A stretch of 63,937 nt of DNA, counting the filler, from Craspedostauros australis (Eukaryota), in the NCBI GenBank assembly GCA_030167865.1. It is 5 parts of 5 records of this genome, joined end to end, with 100 filler letters (N's around TTAATTAATTAA, not from the genome) between each part and the next. Parts side by side here need not be neighbours in the genome. Positions count along the whole stretch, not along the records: positions 1 to 27,754 come from JALAGF010005642.1; 4 more parts are not named here. One strand, written 5' to 3'. Both the position numbers and the translations under genes were made by a program. Positions 1 to 13,178 of the stretch are shown piece after piece (positions within the stretch are counted from its first letter, which is position 1; every line of letters begins with the position of its first letter). The notes beneath the pieces are model-generated. The model searched no databases, was not told the DNA's origin, and saw nothing but the letters and a program-made list of their open reading frames with translations.

Positions 1-681
1 ATGAACAGGGGGCGGAGAAAGGGGGGGGACGAGAAACGAAGAAGGAACCCAATAATTGCGGCGGTGTTCTCGTCCGCTCCCGTGGTTTGGACCACACAAA
101 TGGATCACAATACGTGGAGAATGGGGCCATGTGTGTTGAGGCACGATCCTCCTGGGCAATGGGTTGCAGGGTGCGAAAAATCTCGGTGAGGATGTGGCCT
201 ATTCCCTGTATGTCAACAACCAGCTGCTCTCTGTCTGGTCTGCCTCTCCAATTCGCTTGCGTACCCAAGGGGACACCGCGCCATTGTGAGAAAACATACT
301 ACCTGAAGCCAAAAGGCAAGCCAAGTGGCTCTCAGCATCATGACAAAGCACAACAAGGGGGAGAGCGGCTGTCCCTGTTGTGTGTTGTGCCAACCGTGAT
401 TTCGATCAGAACAAGTTTGAAGCCTGAGCTGTGGCACCACATGGGCCACTCCGGTGTCCACCTGCATCCACACAACGAATTCTCAACAGCAACGGCAGTT
501 CCGACATCAGACAAAGATGCCGTGAGACGCTGTGAACTCAATTTCCTCCAGCCCCTCTTCCTCCAGCCCACCCCAGATCAGCGCAGCGTGCTCACAGAAT
601 CACTTCAAGCCACGAGCACAGACATCAATCTTGCGCGAAACAACCATTACTACTGCAGATACCGTGACCGGCACTCCCACC

Positions 682-3368
682 ATGAGTATCTTCTCCGCCG
701 ACGAGTGGCAGCAACTGGATGAGTATTCAACACTCTGCGCGGATGACGATGAGTTCCTCGCGGCGAGCTGTTCTTTGTTAGAATCCTGCTTTCCATGTCA
801 TGGCGAGCAAAATATTCGCACGCTTGACAATGAGATTGTTGAAGCCAGATCAGACCTCGGCTCAGACACTGGCAACGGCTGCAACTGTGACTTCAGCGGC
901 AGCACTCTCCGTGACGACGATGGCAAGGTGAGTACTTGCGCAATGGCGATGATTCTCCGTAGCCCATGATGACGACTACGACCGCGGAGATACCATACCT
1001 ACTATAATAGTTCGAATGAAGTTGCATCCGGAACGCCAACAGTGAACCAAACCGCATGTTGATATAGCTCACAATCCATCGTCGTCTCTCTCGTCATGCT
1101 CAGATCGGGAAACCGAACGAGGATACTGACCACTGCAATCCTGCTTGCGCGGCCGCATTTGCGAACGCCGTGATAGGAACAGATGCGCAGCAAACCACAC
1201 CGTTGACCAACGACGACATCTTGAACACATTTAAGGTCCCCGATATCATCGCGCAAGAGCTGCACGCGATGTCACCCGAAGAACGCAAGCACATATATGA
1301 GGACATCACCGGGAGCTCCGTTCCCTGCGAGGAGATCCCCGCGTTCGTGAGCGCCAAGCTCGACGACATGGAGATGGAGCTGGTCATGACGACCAGCAAC
1401 AGGACNNNNNNNNNNATCGCCAAGCAGACGAATCAAGCCTACATCGAAGACAAGGACCTGCGCCTCAAGTTCCTGCGCTGCACCTCCTTCGACTCGTACA
1501 AAGCCGCGATGCGATTGATCGCCTGGTGCGATGCCAAGCTGCACTTGTTCGGTCCGCATGTGCTCGGTAGAGACGTGCTGCTGTCCGATCTGTGCCCAGG
1601 AGCGGTCGCTCTGCTGGAAGCTGGGAATGTACAACCGCTTCCTTGCGAGGATGCGCATGGAAGTCGCATAATCGTAGCGACANNNNNNNNNNNNNNNNNN
1701 NNNNNNNNNNNNNNNNNNNNNNNNNNNNNNNNTGAGCGCCAAGCTCGACGACATGGAGATGGAGCTGGTCATGACGACCAGCAACAGGACTGCATACGAC
1801 ATCGCCAAGCAGACGAATCAAGCCTACATCGAAGACAAGGACCTGCGCCTCAAGTTCCTGCGCTGCACCTCCTTCGACTCGTACAAAGCCGCGATGCGAT
1901 TGATCGCCTGGTGCGATGCCAAGCTGCACTTGTTCGGTCCGCATGTGCTCGGTAGAGACGTGCTGCTGTCCGATCTGTGCCCAGGAGCGGTCGCTCTGCT
2001 GGAAGCTGGGAATGTACAACCGCTTCCTTGCGAGGATGCGCATGGAAGTCGCATAATCGTAGCGACAGAGTTCGTCCCGAGCATGTTCGACACCTTGGCG
2101 AATGCCCGGGCCCTGTTTTACGCAGCCATGACGGTTGTGGAAGACGTCGAGGCACAGAAGAACGGAGTAGTTATGGTGCATGCCCTGGACAAGATGATGC
2201 CGAATGTAACACCGAAACAGCGGCTGAACATGTACATTTGCGAGCAGACCACCGCGATCACGCCGGTGAACGTGAAGAGGATGTACTTCCTATCAGACNN
2301 NNNNNNNNNNNNNNNNNNNNNNNNNNNNNNNNNNNNNNNNNNNNNNNNATGTACATTTGCGAGCAGACCACCGCGATCACGCCGGTGAACGTGAAGAGGA
2401 TGTACTTCCTATCAGACGATACGAAGGACATGCGGGCCATGGTAAACATTTTTCAGCTCTCGCTGGCCCATCATACTCGCCACCGATTCAAGCCATTCTT
2501 CGGTACGCTGGCTGATAACATCAAGAGCCTCTCTTCGCACGGCGTGTCACCTCAGGTCCTGCCATTCGATGACAGGGGGATGGTCAAAATAGCGGGGGCC
2601 AGCGCTTGGATCATGCATCGCAGAGCGCTGGAAGTTTACCGAACCGCAATGACCACGCAGATGAGAAACGGGAATGGCACCTCTGGCGCTCACGATCATC
2701 CTGAGCGCAACGATGCCAGCCATGTGTCATCGATGCGAGTCGTCCAAGACGCTGAAGAAGAGGAAGACAAGAATGCCGATGTGGATCTCCAACTGGCAGA
2801 CCGATGCGCAGACACCCCAGCAGCTGCAGTCGTGCGAAATGGCAGGTCGCCAACTCTGCCACTCCCACCAAAACAGAGGTCAATGCCACCATCATCACAA
2901 CAGCTTTCTTCATCACTGCCACTCGCGGCGGCTGATCCCATTGAAAGCAACAGCATTCGTCCAGGTTGCAGTCCAACTGAAGTTGACGTTCTGATGGGAC
3001 GTGGAAGGCCATTTCAAGAGCACCCCGGCAATCAGTACATGAAGGCAGTCATTGCTGATATGTTCGACGAGTACGACAAAGCGCCAAGGTGGGCCAAGCT
3101 GAACGTCGCTGAGAAGNNNNNNNNNNNNNNNNNNNNNNNNNNNNNNNNNNNNNNNNNNNNNNGCAAGGAGACAGGCTGTTGGATCGAGGTCACCTTCGCG
3201 GAAGCACGGGACAAGGCCGCGCATGGCTTCCGCAAGAAGCGCGAGATGGATCTCGTCCAGGCAAGAAGAGATGAGAAACTGCCACCCACAACCAAGAAAC
3301 GGAGGAGGCGAGCACCATCGAAATCAAGCAAACCAACCAAGCCCATCTCTCAAAAGAGGCATTTTTGA
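682..3368 (+). CDS. CRAL-TRIO-like N-terminal domain plus C-terminal DUF6824-type domain protein; exon 1 682-927, intron 928-1103, exon 2 from 1104, interrupted by N gaps and assembly duplications
   Basis: GTGAGT donor at 928 and CAG acceptor ending 1103 join the frames in phase 0. 'LRLKFLRC...AAMRLIAWCDAKLHLFG' is CRAL-TRIO-N-like. 'DVLMGRGRPFQEHPGN...WIEV...ARDKAAHGFR' is the DUF6824-type motif. Stop TGA ends at 3368. Confidence 0.8.
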
Positions 3369-4231
3369 TGCAGGTGCATGAGTTAGTACGTATAATATCT
3401 ATTGCATGTGGAATAGAGGACCAGAGACTTGGCCCGTTGGTCAGATGGAAACGGAATCACTAATGTTAGTCATCGCGTTGCATATCCACATACCGCAATA
3501 GAGAAGTCAAGCGCAATCGTCACTCATCAACCATTCATCTGCACGCATGAGCAGAAGAGATAGACGGAAAACAGATCCCACGTTTTCATCTTTGGGTGAT
3601 GCTCGCGCTTTTGTATGGTTGGACGCCAGATCCATGGTCTCGTATCATCAACTTCGCGATATCTATCTGTAGCGGAACGTGTGTACGTACCGAAATAGCA
3701 GGAGTACAAGCGCGTCTTCGACTGCTTTGGGGCGTGCGCCAAAAGATATCGATATCTCGACGGTATCGTACCATGTGGTATGTACACGTGACGCTTCCCC
3801 AGTGCGAGGCGATCTTGCTTGTTGTGGAGATGATCAAGCCATCGCCACTGAAATTGCCGTTCTTGTCCCAAGTTGCGGAGGTTGTTCTGCTGTTCATGCA
3901 CCACAGGCAACGCTTTCCATGTTCCTCATGTCTCTGACCGTGCCCCAACTGCGAAAGATCCGTTGGCATTCCGACAAAAGTGAGTCATCGATGAAACGCG
4001 TGTTCTCACCTTGATTCAGCAGGAGGATGGGATAGTGCACGCTCAAGTGGGCCAGAGTAGAGTTTGCACGCGGCAGAGCATGGTCGGGTGGGCGACTCAT
4101 GGTGCGAGCACGAAGCTTGATGTTCTCCGATGGAGAATTTCGAACCATGCATCTCCCGTCGCTGCCCACAGCGAAGTCTTCCCAACGATCCATCCTGTTC
4201 CAGTTGGAGCGAAGCATCGCTGGTTCTTTCT

Positions 4232-5665
4232 TCAAGACCTTGCCGTCGGCGTTCCCACATACATCAGCAGGATTACAGAGGCGGATTGGGATACGAAGAT
4301 GGTGCTGATGCTATTCATCGCACACGTGAAGAACCAGCGCTTCAGAACGTAGTGGTATGGCTTTAGCTCTCTTCCAATACAGACGTGCGCTGCGCTGACT
4401 TGCCCATCGTCATTGTAGAGAGCGTCATCATGCAACGGTGTCCATTCTATCGACGCTTCTGGAGAGCTCGCGCGCTGTGTTCGCCGCCGCCTTTTAGTTC
4501 TGCTCACTAACCGAACAGTGATGGACCGTAACGGATGCTGATTTCGTTCCATGACGTAATGATACGACGGGATCACGATGGTGCGAGTTTCTGGGATAGC
4601 ACCGACGAGAAACGGCACCAGCAGTGTCCATTTTCGAATCAGCGATATCCAGTCACTTTCGTGCGGGTGTTGCGTGGATCGTACAGATGTTGCCAGGGCC
4701 GTTCCATTTGCGGATTGCAATGTCACGTGCACGCCGAGGATGCCCAACTCTTGGTTGGTCAGCGATTCTGGAAGTTCCAGCGCGATTTCGAAGGCGTATG
4801 GTTGGTTTGCCTTCAACACGGAGCGAGATCGTGGTTTGGAGTGATGGCCGGCAAGGTATGGTTCCCATTGCGTGTGCTTGGTGAAAAGATCGGCAGTTGC
4901 TCAAGGCGATCGTTGCAAGGCACGCCGCTGATCGACTGAGAGATTGGGTATTTGGTTCTGCGGTGGCATCTGAGGTTGTGCTTGGGCTTGAGCTTGAGCT
5001 TGCCCATGCGATGGTGGTGGTGATGAGTGGGAGACTGTCTCCTATTGCGACTCGGCGCCAGCTTCATGACTGCTCTCGCTGCTGCTGCTGCTGCTGTCAT
5101 TATTGATGGCTATATTCGTCTCATATTGTTTGCATTCTTGTAACCCCTCTTTCTCCGTTTGATGCTTCCCATCCTCCTGTATCTGAATCTGCATCTGTTT
5201 CTGCTACTGCTCCAGCCACCATTGTTGCACGAGATGATGTTCAGTTGGATGGATGGACATCTCAGTGTAATCGAAGTTGAGCGACATCGTGATGTCGTGG
5301 GATGGCATCACAACGATATAGAACAGTCCGTAGGACAACACGGATGTGGAGAGGATCACCATGACTATGCTCCAGCAGATGACGAGCTTTTCCAACAAGG
5401 GAATGAAGCCCATGACTCCATCTGCGCTGGTTCTGCTGTCATTATTGTTGCCATTGTCGTTTGCACCGTGGTTGCCATCTTCGTCTGTTGCATTGTGCAC
5501 GGAAGATGAGCGATGCAAGATGCTGGAGTTTCCATTGCTCATCGCGATGGCTGTCGTTGTCCATGATGGCACGGGCAACCCGTACGCAGACGAGAGCAAC
5601 AGTACATCAGACGCAGTCGAAGCAAGGCGGTGGACAATGTGTTGGTTTTGGGAGGTGTCGGCCAT
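4232..5665 (-). pseudogene. Seipin (BSCL2-family lipid-droplet protein) with three in-frame stops
   Basis: ORFs 5204-5665 and 4232-4819 share one frame. TM1 plus 'MPSHDITMSLNFDY', 'LKANQPYAFEIALELPESLTNQELG' and TM2 'KRWFFTCAM' match seipin architecture. In-frame TAG at 5204-5206, TAG at 5042-5044 and TGA at 4901-4903. Confidence 0.8.
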
Positions 5666-6755
5666 GATGGGATGATGAGCCTCGTGATCTTGGTGGCGCC
5701 GATATCGCTTCTGATACGATTAGAGTCGAGTGTCTCCTTACGCTTACACCTACGCTTACACCTGCGCTTCCACTTCCAAGGATACTTGCGCCTGCTCGTC
5801 GCAATCAGTATCACCCACCACAACAGTCCTTCTGTGCTCTTCTTTGCTGCGTCCAACCCTCCTCTTGCTGGTCCGAAACAATCATTGCCGCAAGGTGCTT
5901 CCTCTTGTTGTGTCGTCTTCTTCCCTTCATGTTTGGTAGCGACGCGGTGTTGGCACTGTTGAGATTGTTGGCATACATGCGTTGGCCATCGGTTGGTTCT
6001 TTCTCTTCATTCTTGGTGGGATGGAGGGAAATGATCTTGCCTATCTCTTCTGTAATTTCACGCCTGCATCGAGCACCTCCGAATCTGGGAGAAGTACGGC
6101 TACGGATTGCCTTGTGTCTCCAAAGACGTACACTTTGTGAGTGTTGGTAGTCGCAAGGTACATAATTTCGCAACTGACGAGCCTCGCTCATCCTGATCCC
6201 AAGTGGCGATTACGAATCCTGTGGACTCAGCGGAAATGAGTCCCGTGGAGCTACTGACTAAATGCAGGTTGCACAGAACTCGTTATGAAATTATGACCGG
6301 TCTCCCACAAGCGTTCAAAACTGGAACAACAATTCCATACTACTCCGATCGGTCGAGATTTGTGTGCGACATGGGTTGGGACGGTATTTAACGGAGAAGG
6401 GTTATATTGAGAGCTGCGGTAAAATACTTGCTTGTTACTCCCAATCCTTCTTCGCAAGTGTTGCAGGCTCGCAAGCACGTCATCCAGAACCGCATTCTTG
6501 TCTGAATGGTGTCGCATTGGTACGTCATCTAGTGACGTCATCTGTTCGAATTGGACATTGAGATACCTTTATCTTGGTATCATATCTTCGTTCGATTGGT
6601 CTCCTTTCTGTTCGTGGTGATCATGTGTGTTGATGCGAGCTTCGTGGGTAGGACCCACTTGAGTGACAGGACCTGCAGTCGGTCCTGGAGTTGTGGCAAC
6701 ATACAAGGACTTCAACCAAATCACTCACATACTCATTAACTAGATAGATCTAAAA

Positions 6756-9029
6756 GAGGAAATTCACTAACCAGCCTTTTTGAAGTGCCGATTTGCACTA
6801 ACCAGCCTGTTTTGTGTTTCTTAGCGACTCAAAACGTCGAAATGTCCATGCGACGTCCCATGGACATGGAGATTTCGCATCGACCTCCAAGGTTAGTGTA
6901 TCAATGTAGACCACCTGTATCACACAGGAAAAGTACAAACCACATCATACATGTTTGTCATACTCGTATCATTCTGCCATTAATCAGTCCATCCGAACAT
7001 ACATCATCTAATGAATGGAATGAATGCCCACTTTAGTTGTAGATATGTGCATCATCCATCTATTTGCTCCAATTCTGTACGTTGTAGATCGTATTCTGAC
7101 CAAACCTTCATAGGAAAGGATAAACATATTCCATCTAAACCATATCAGCGCATTCCAAGCATTTCAATGGGGATACTACCAGCTAGCGAGTGTCTGTATC
7201 TGTCTGGAAGAGATGCTGATATCCAAATCTATGAAACTCGTGATACTGTGTGGTACGTTTGACGCTGCACAATCTTCTGTACATCTATCCGTTTGCCTGG
7301 CGGCCTTGAGAGATGCAATCAACCGCATCACTCCAGGCATACTCCAAAGGTTGAGGCCATGGAGTTTGAAGTCCTTGATCTGTTTGGAAGGAATCTAATT
7401 GTACGGATGCTGATATCACACGCTACTGAAGGGTGCGCATCATCCTGCACATCGTTCTGAGCATACGTGCACAGAAAATGTCGATCATATTCCAATCTGA
7501 CATTTCATCGACTCCGAACGCACCCCATAGGAGGCGTGCATGAAGTTTGAAGCCGTCTATCCGTCAGCAAGGTGTATTGACATGTGCCCTGGTGATCCTC
7601 ACGTCATGACGTCCCTAACTGCCACTTGGCATCATCATCTGTACAATCAAATCCCTTCCAAATGGATCAAGGACTTAAAACTCCATGGCCGTAGCCTTTG
7701 GAGCATGCCTTGAGTGATGTGGTTGATCGCATCTCTCAAGATGGACGGCCGAAGGCATACATGTGCGAAATACTGATCAGAGCGATGCCTACCTTACAGA
7801 CGCTTCCCACGCAGTACTGCATGACATCAGCATCTGTACTACTAAGACTGGATCCCTTCCAGACAGATCTTGCATTTCAACCGCCAGTTGCGCACTCCTT
7901 GGAGTGCATTCAGAGTGGCCGAATTGTTCAGTTGGAATATGATCGACGTTTTCTATGCACATATGCGCAGAACGTTGTACAACGCGAGGCGTATCGTTCA
8001 ATACCACGGGATATCAGCATCCATGAAATTGGATCCCTTTCAGATGGATCTTGCACTTCAAACTTCATAGCCGTACTCTGTGACGTGTGATTGGAGTGGT
8101 CGTAGCGTTGGATTGGAATACGATTGACAATTCCTACGCGCACGTATCCAAATCACTCTCCAATGCGATGCGTACCGTTTAGTACTGCGTGATATCAGCA
8201 TCCGTTGAATTAGATCCCTTCCAAAGGGATCGAAGACTTCAAACTCCATGGCTGTACTCTTTGGAGCGTGTTTGGAGCTACGCAGTTGGTCAGATATTTC
8301 AAAACGGCCTGCCAAATGCATAGATATGCGGAATACAGTACAGCGTCGAGCGTACCGCAGAGTATGACGAGGTTCATCGATTTGGATACCGGCACTTCTT
8401 CCAGAAGGATCCAGATCTTCGCAAGCCACCCCCATACCCATTGGAGCTCTGTCACTATGATGACATTGGTAGAATTGCAGTTGTTGGATCTTTCATATGA
8501 AGGTTTGGTCAAAACCTGCACACCGCACACAGCCACCGTGCGGTATCACGTGATTTGATCGAAAAATCTGCAACACCTTCTAGGTGGATCCAGTCACTCG
8601 CCAGCTGGTATATGCCCATTTTAATGCCCTCTATGCGCCGATCTTGTTAAAAAATGTAGTATGTTTATCCTTTCCAGTGACGGTTTCATCAGAATACGAT
8701 CCACAACGCAAAGAGTTGGAGCAAACAAATGGATGATGGACATATCTACAACTAATGTAGTCATTATCCCTTCATTGGAAGCTATATATTCGTATGGACT
8801 ATTTACATGCAATCTATGGCTATTATGACAAACATGTATGATGTGGCTTGTACTTTCCTGTGTGATACAGGTGGTCTACATTGAAATACTTACCTTGGAG
8901 GTCGATGCGAAATCTCCGTGTCCATGAGATGTCGCACAGACATTTGGACGTTTTGTGCCACTAAGTGTGGGAAAACAGGCTGGTTAGTGCAAATCGGCAC
9001 TTCAAAAAGGCTGGTTAGTGAATTTCCTC
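6756..9029. mobile_element. Non-autonomous foldback / Mutator-like DNA transposon (2274 bp) with long inverted arms
   Basis: The terminus GAGGAAATTCACTAACCAGCCTTTTTGAAGTGCCGATTTGCACTAACCAGCCTGTTTT starts at 6756 and its exact reverse complement ends at 9029. Arm similarity extends for hundreds of bp. 9-bp direct repeat GATCTAAAA at 6747-6755 and 9030-9038. No credible ORF inside. Confidence 0.93.
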
Positions 9030-10338
9030 GATCTAAAAGATCCATTGTAGACGCCGATTTTATTTACGGTCTTATTCTATTTTATTTTCGACCCCTCGAT
9101 GTTGAAACTCATCTAGATACAGCTAGCGTGCAAAGGCCAGATTCGGTGTCTTGGTGCCTTCGCTGGTATCGCCAAAAGCAGGATTGTCGATGTCAACTTC
9201 TATGCTATTTTATGTTTTAGTCCCTCCATTGCGGCTCTGGCTCTTTGCTGCAATTGTGTCCTCACATTTTGTCCCACCATCTCAGGAGATTCCGAATGTC
9301 CTTCATCGTTTGCGTCTCACATGCAATTCGCTCCAATGGTTTGTTTCTTCTTGTTGCAGCACGAGTTCCTCCTCCTCTGTTGTCTGTTGCGGAAGCACGA
9401 TTCCTGCATCAGTGATGTCTGTGTTTGTTAGTGATTGGGTAATTGTTGTGTTCATTGTGTTGGTTGCATTCTTGCTGGAGTGTGCAATTCTGTTCATTGT
9501 TAGTTGGGATTTCAACGTCACACTTGTTGTCGAAGGTCGTGCCTTTGAGCACAGGAGGCAAGAGCTTGTCTGTTGCAGGTGGTGGAACGTGCTGTTTTCC
9601 ATCCATGTCCAATGGAGGAAACAGCTTCTCAGCAGATGATGGCACAAAGAGTTCCTTGCAATCAATTGGATCCGATGGAAAGGGGTGCACGGATGGAGAG
9701 GATGACAAACCTTGCTTCTGGAGAGGGAATGATTGGCAGTGTTGGAGGCAGCTTTCGTGGTTGAGACGAGCATGATGCTGCTTGATACTGAAGGGTGGAT
9801 GGAGAAGACTAGTATTGATCGAAGTGAACTGAACAGGAGGAGGGCAAGCAGGTGATGATACAAACACTGCATGAACATGCAACAAGCACAGAACACCACC
9901 GAAGAGAAGCAAAGGTTGATTTGGTGCCGAAATGTGGAGAGTCGCCACACGTGACCAGAGTGAAGATTTGAACGTGTATTATAACGTGTAATAACAGTTA
10001 TTCGCTAAGAAAATGTGTTCGAATAGATCAAACAATGACATCGTTGAATTACCAATTCCCCCTCACCGTCAAGTGTAGGATCGATCACTCCTGGGCATGA
10101 CAGGAGCACGTTGCTTTTGGGGCTACGGGGAATTTCGGCAGTCGTTCCACTATGTATAGTATCGTCATCGATTTGAGTACGGGCACACAATCATTACTCA
10201 ATCTGCTCTATTTTCTTGTCCAGACAGGGTCGGTTACTCGCTTGATTGCTCCCTTGGTTGTCTTGTCATCTGTTGACACGCAGATTAACTCGTGCGCATA
10301 CATACCACATGGGTGCAGTTTTGTCACTACCACCTCCC

Positions 10339-13178
10339 TCATCGCACCTCACGTTGGAATGACATGGTCACGATGGTCGTGACTGCGCAGAGGGCAAACA
10401 TGAAGATGAGGACAAGGATGTTATGGGTGATGTCCGATGGTACATCCAGATCCAGAGCCTGCACGATCGTCGTGTCCGTGCCATCGAAGAGAGCCATGAT
10501 GAAGATCTGGAGGGAGTACTTGACGGGGGAGATCCACTGCAACCAGCGGATCGATTCGGGGATGATGGCGAATGGGACGAACCCGCCGGATGCGGCCAGC
10601 GAGATGGTGACGACTGTGCATCCCAGCAGGAATCCCAGATCCTGAGAAAATGCCACCATGCACGTGAGGAGAATGAGGGCGTTGCCCGTCAATCCGCTAA
10701 TGATGAAGAATGCGAGAAGCGTGAAGAAGGATTCGCTTTCGCTCCAGGCTGGGTTCGAGAGCGACATCATGGGCTTGGCGATGGTTGTCTGCACCAACGA
10801 GGCCAGAGCCAACACCCAGGCTTCCAGCAAGAACTGCGAGACCGAGTACATCCAGGATGGGTACAGGGCCAGAGCAGATTCGGATGCGAAGACACTCTTG
10901 TCGAAAAAGAACGTGGAGATCTGAGAGAATGGGAGCAGGAAGCTGCATTGCGACAGGAACAAACCAGCTCCCACCACATACCTCGCCTGCTCGTTCATCG
11001 TGGACGGATCGTCATCTATATTGCCGATGTCCCAGAAGATCAAGCTCACCGACAGGGATGTTGAGCCGTAGATCACCAACCGCGCCGCGAGATTGGTCAG
11101 GTTCCGAACGTAGTGATTTTGGAGATTGCGCGAGAAGACGGTTCTGAATTTCCAGAACATGGATACCTGCGGAGCTGTGAAGGCCTGCAATTCACGTGAT
11201 GATGTGAATAGCTCTGGAGATGTTTCTGGTAGATCGCTGGTGCCATGCTGTGACGGGGGCTGCGACTTTGATCCATTTGTGCTCATGGTTTCTTCGCCGA
11301 CGCCAGCGCTGCTGTCCTGCTTCGCATCCCGGCCTGCATGTCTGTCGTTGACGATTGGAACGGAATCAGACGGAGCGCTGTTGCTCAGTTGACACTCCCA
11401 GTTGGAGGCATGTCTCAGCAGATCAGTTGGAATGTGATGCGTCTCCGGCATCTTGTGTTGTAGCACATCATCGTAAAAAGTGGGAAGGCCGGACAGCTTG
11501 TCGGAGTAGATGCTGCGACCTCTGGAAAGGAGCACGAGGCGGTCGAACCGCTCGAAGACCTCCATGGATGGCTGATGGATGACGACGGCGGCTGCGACTC
11601 GCAGGGACACGCACATCTTCTTGAGCAGCTTCATGACGATGAGCGCATTCTCCGAATCCAATCCACTGTGGCATAAAAAGACAGGAGGAGGTGATTGCAG
11701 GTCGGTTTGGAGAGCATCGTGCGAGCATGTGTATGATCGATGTGAGCGGCGGCGTGAGTGGACGGACGATCAGGTTAGTTGCGATGCTTCGTCGGGAGTC
11801 ATACTCGTACTTGCTACAGAAAAAGGAATAGAGCAGAATAGTGGAATCGTTTCCCTGCACCTCGGCAAAGTAAATAGTCATGACGCCGTAGAGTATCTCA
11901 AGACCGTATCGGAACGAAGCAACAACCAGCAATAGGATAGCCTGATGCAATAGCACTCAACTCGACTCACCTCGTGATTTCATCCAAAAACAGGACCTTG
12001 GGTTTCATGGCCACACCGCAAGCCAACGCCAGACGTTTGCGTTCCCCACCGGACAGACCGCGGATGGTAATCCCACCCGCCAACGCACCCCCGATGGGTC
12101 GACGACGCACCTCCTCGGATAGACCCACGAGATCCAACAATCCAGCAATGCGCTGATCTCGGACGTGCTTGCCTCTCGGGTCGGGTCCCAGCTTGAGGTT
12201 GGCAAAGAACGCGACGGCTTCTTCGGGTGTTTGGTTGGGGAAGAACTTCTCCTGCTGCGGCACGTAGGCGGAGACGGCCTTGAGGATGTTGTCGTTCTTC
12301 ATCATGTCGGAAGCATCGACGCGGTTGCCCATGATGCTGACGTGTCCCGTGACTGTACCCAGCGACTTGCGGCCGCTGAGGATGTCGAGCAATGTGCTCT
12401 TGCCTCCGCCGGATGGGCCCATGATGGCAAGCAGCTCGGTGGAACGCAGCTCGCCGTGTCCGTTGTGCAGCGTCTGGACCACCTCTGACGTTGGTCCGGA
12501 AGATGACTTGTGTGGGACTTCGTAACAGCAGGAAACGCCGGACCAGGCGAGAAGCGTTGGCGGTGCAGGCGTCTCTTCATTGTCGTTGTCGTTGTCATTT
12601 GGATCAGCATTGCCATCATTATCATTGTTGCCATCATCATTGCCCTCGGTGAAGTCTTCCGAAATGAGCGGAGCAGGCCGGCCCTCCGCTGGCATCTCCG
12701 AGATCCATGAATTGCGAGGCTGCGGCGTCTGGTCATCTTCGTTGGAATCTGCCGCAGCTTGATCCTCCGATGCTTTTGTCGGTGGTGGCGACGACGACTT
12801 GCGGCAGGTGTCCGCAATCACAAAGATGGAGAAGAGCAACGACGCACACAGCACGGAGATGGAAAAGATGATCGGGAATGCTTCGGCATCGCGATCCGAT
12901 CGACCGCTTCCTTGCAAGTGTCGGCGTTGCTGCATGTTGTGCGTGGTCGGGAAGTTGCAAATCCAGCCAGCATGATCCTCGGATGGTACGGACTCCAGTC
13001 CATTCACGTCATCGGGTTGGGGAACGCAGTACTGCAGCATGAACTGCTCGTACAGGTCCTCGTCGCGTTCCTCCATGTTGATGCTGTTTGGTGTGGCAGC
13101 ATCAGTGGTGGAAGCAGTGCTTGGATCTGCCCTTGCCTTTGTACCTGCGGTCGCGGCTTGATTCGGACTCTTCGCCAT
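10339..13178 (-). CDS. ABCG (white-like) half transporter; exons 13178-11971 and 11665-10339
   Basis: Walker A GPSGGGKS, signature LSGGERKR, and Walker B/D-loop 'FLDEIT|SGLDS' restored by the GT-AG intron 11970-11666. H-loop 'IHQPS' and a C-terminal ABC2-type membrane domain are present. Confidence 0.95.

Noticed and set aside
1348..2418. Exact direct repeats within the first gene (about 1348-1682 vs 1733-2067, and 2230-2298 vs 2349-2418)
   Set aside because: Identical copies abut N gaps, so they are unmerged contig overlaps rather than real duplications.
6200..6746. Possible retrotransposon 3' end (RNase H-like 'NPVD...LLTK', purine tract near 6393) hosting the foldback insertion
   Set aside because: Similarity is too weak and no clear LTR boundaries can be set without a search.
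7640..8560. Foldback subrepeats as degenerate leucine-rich-repeat coding sequence
   Set aside because: No frame stays open or shows an LRR consensus, and the ~181-bp period is not a consistent multiple of three.
9259..9948. ORFs 9303-9950 and 9409-9948 as an intact gene
   Set aside because: No recognisable domain, non-ATG starts, and TGA interruptions; at most a decayed relic.
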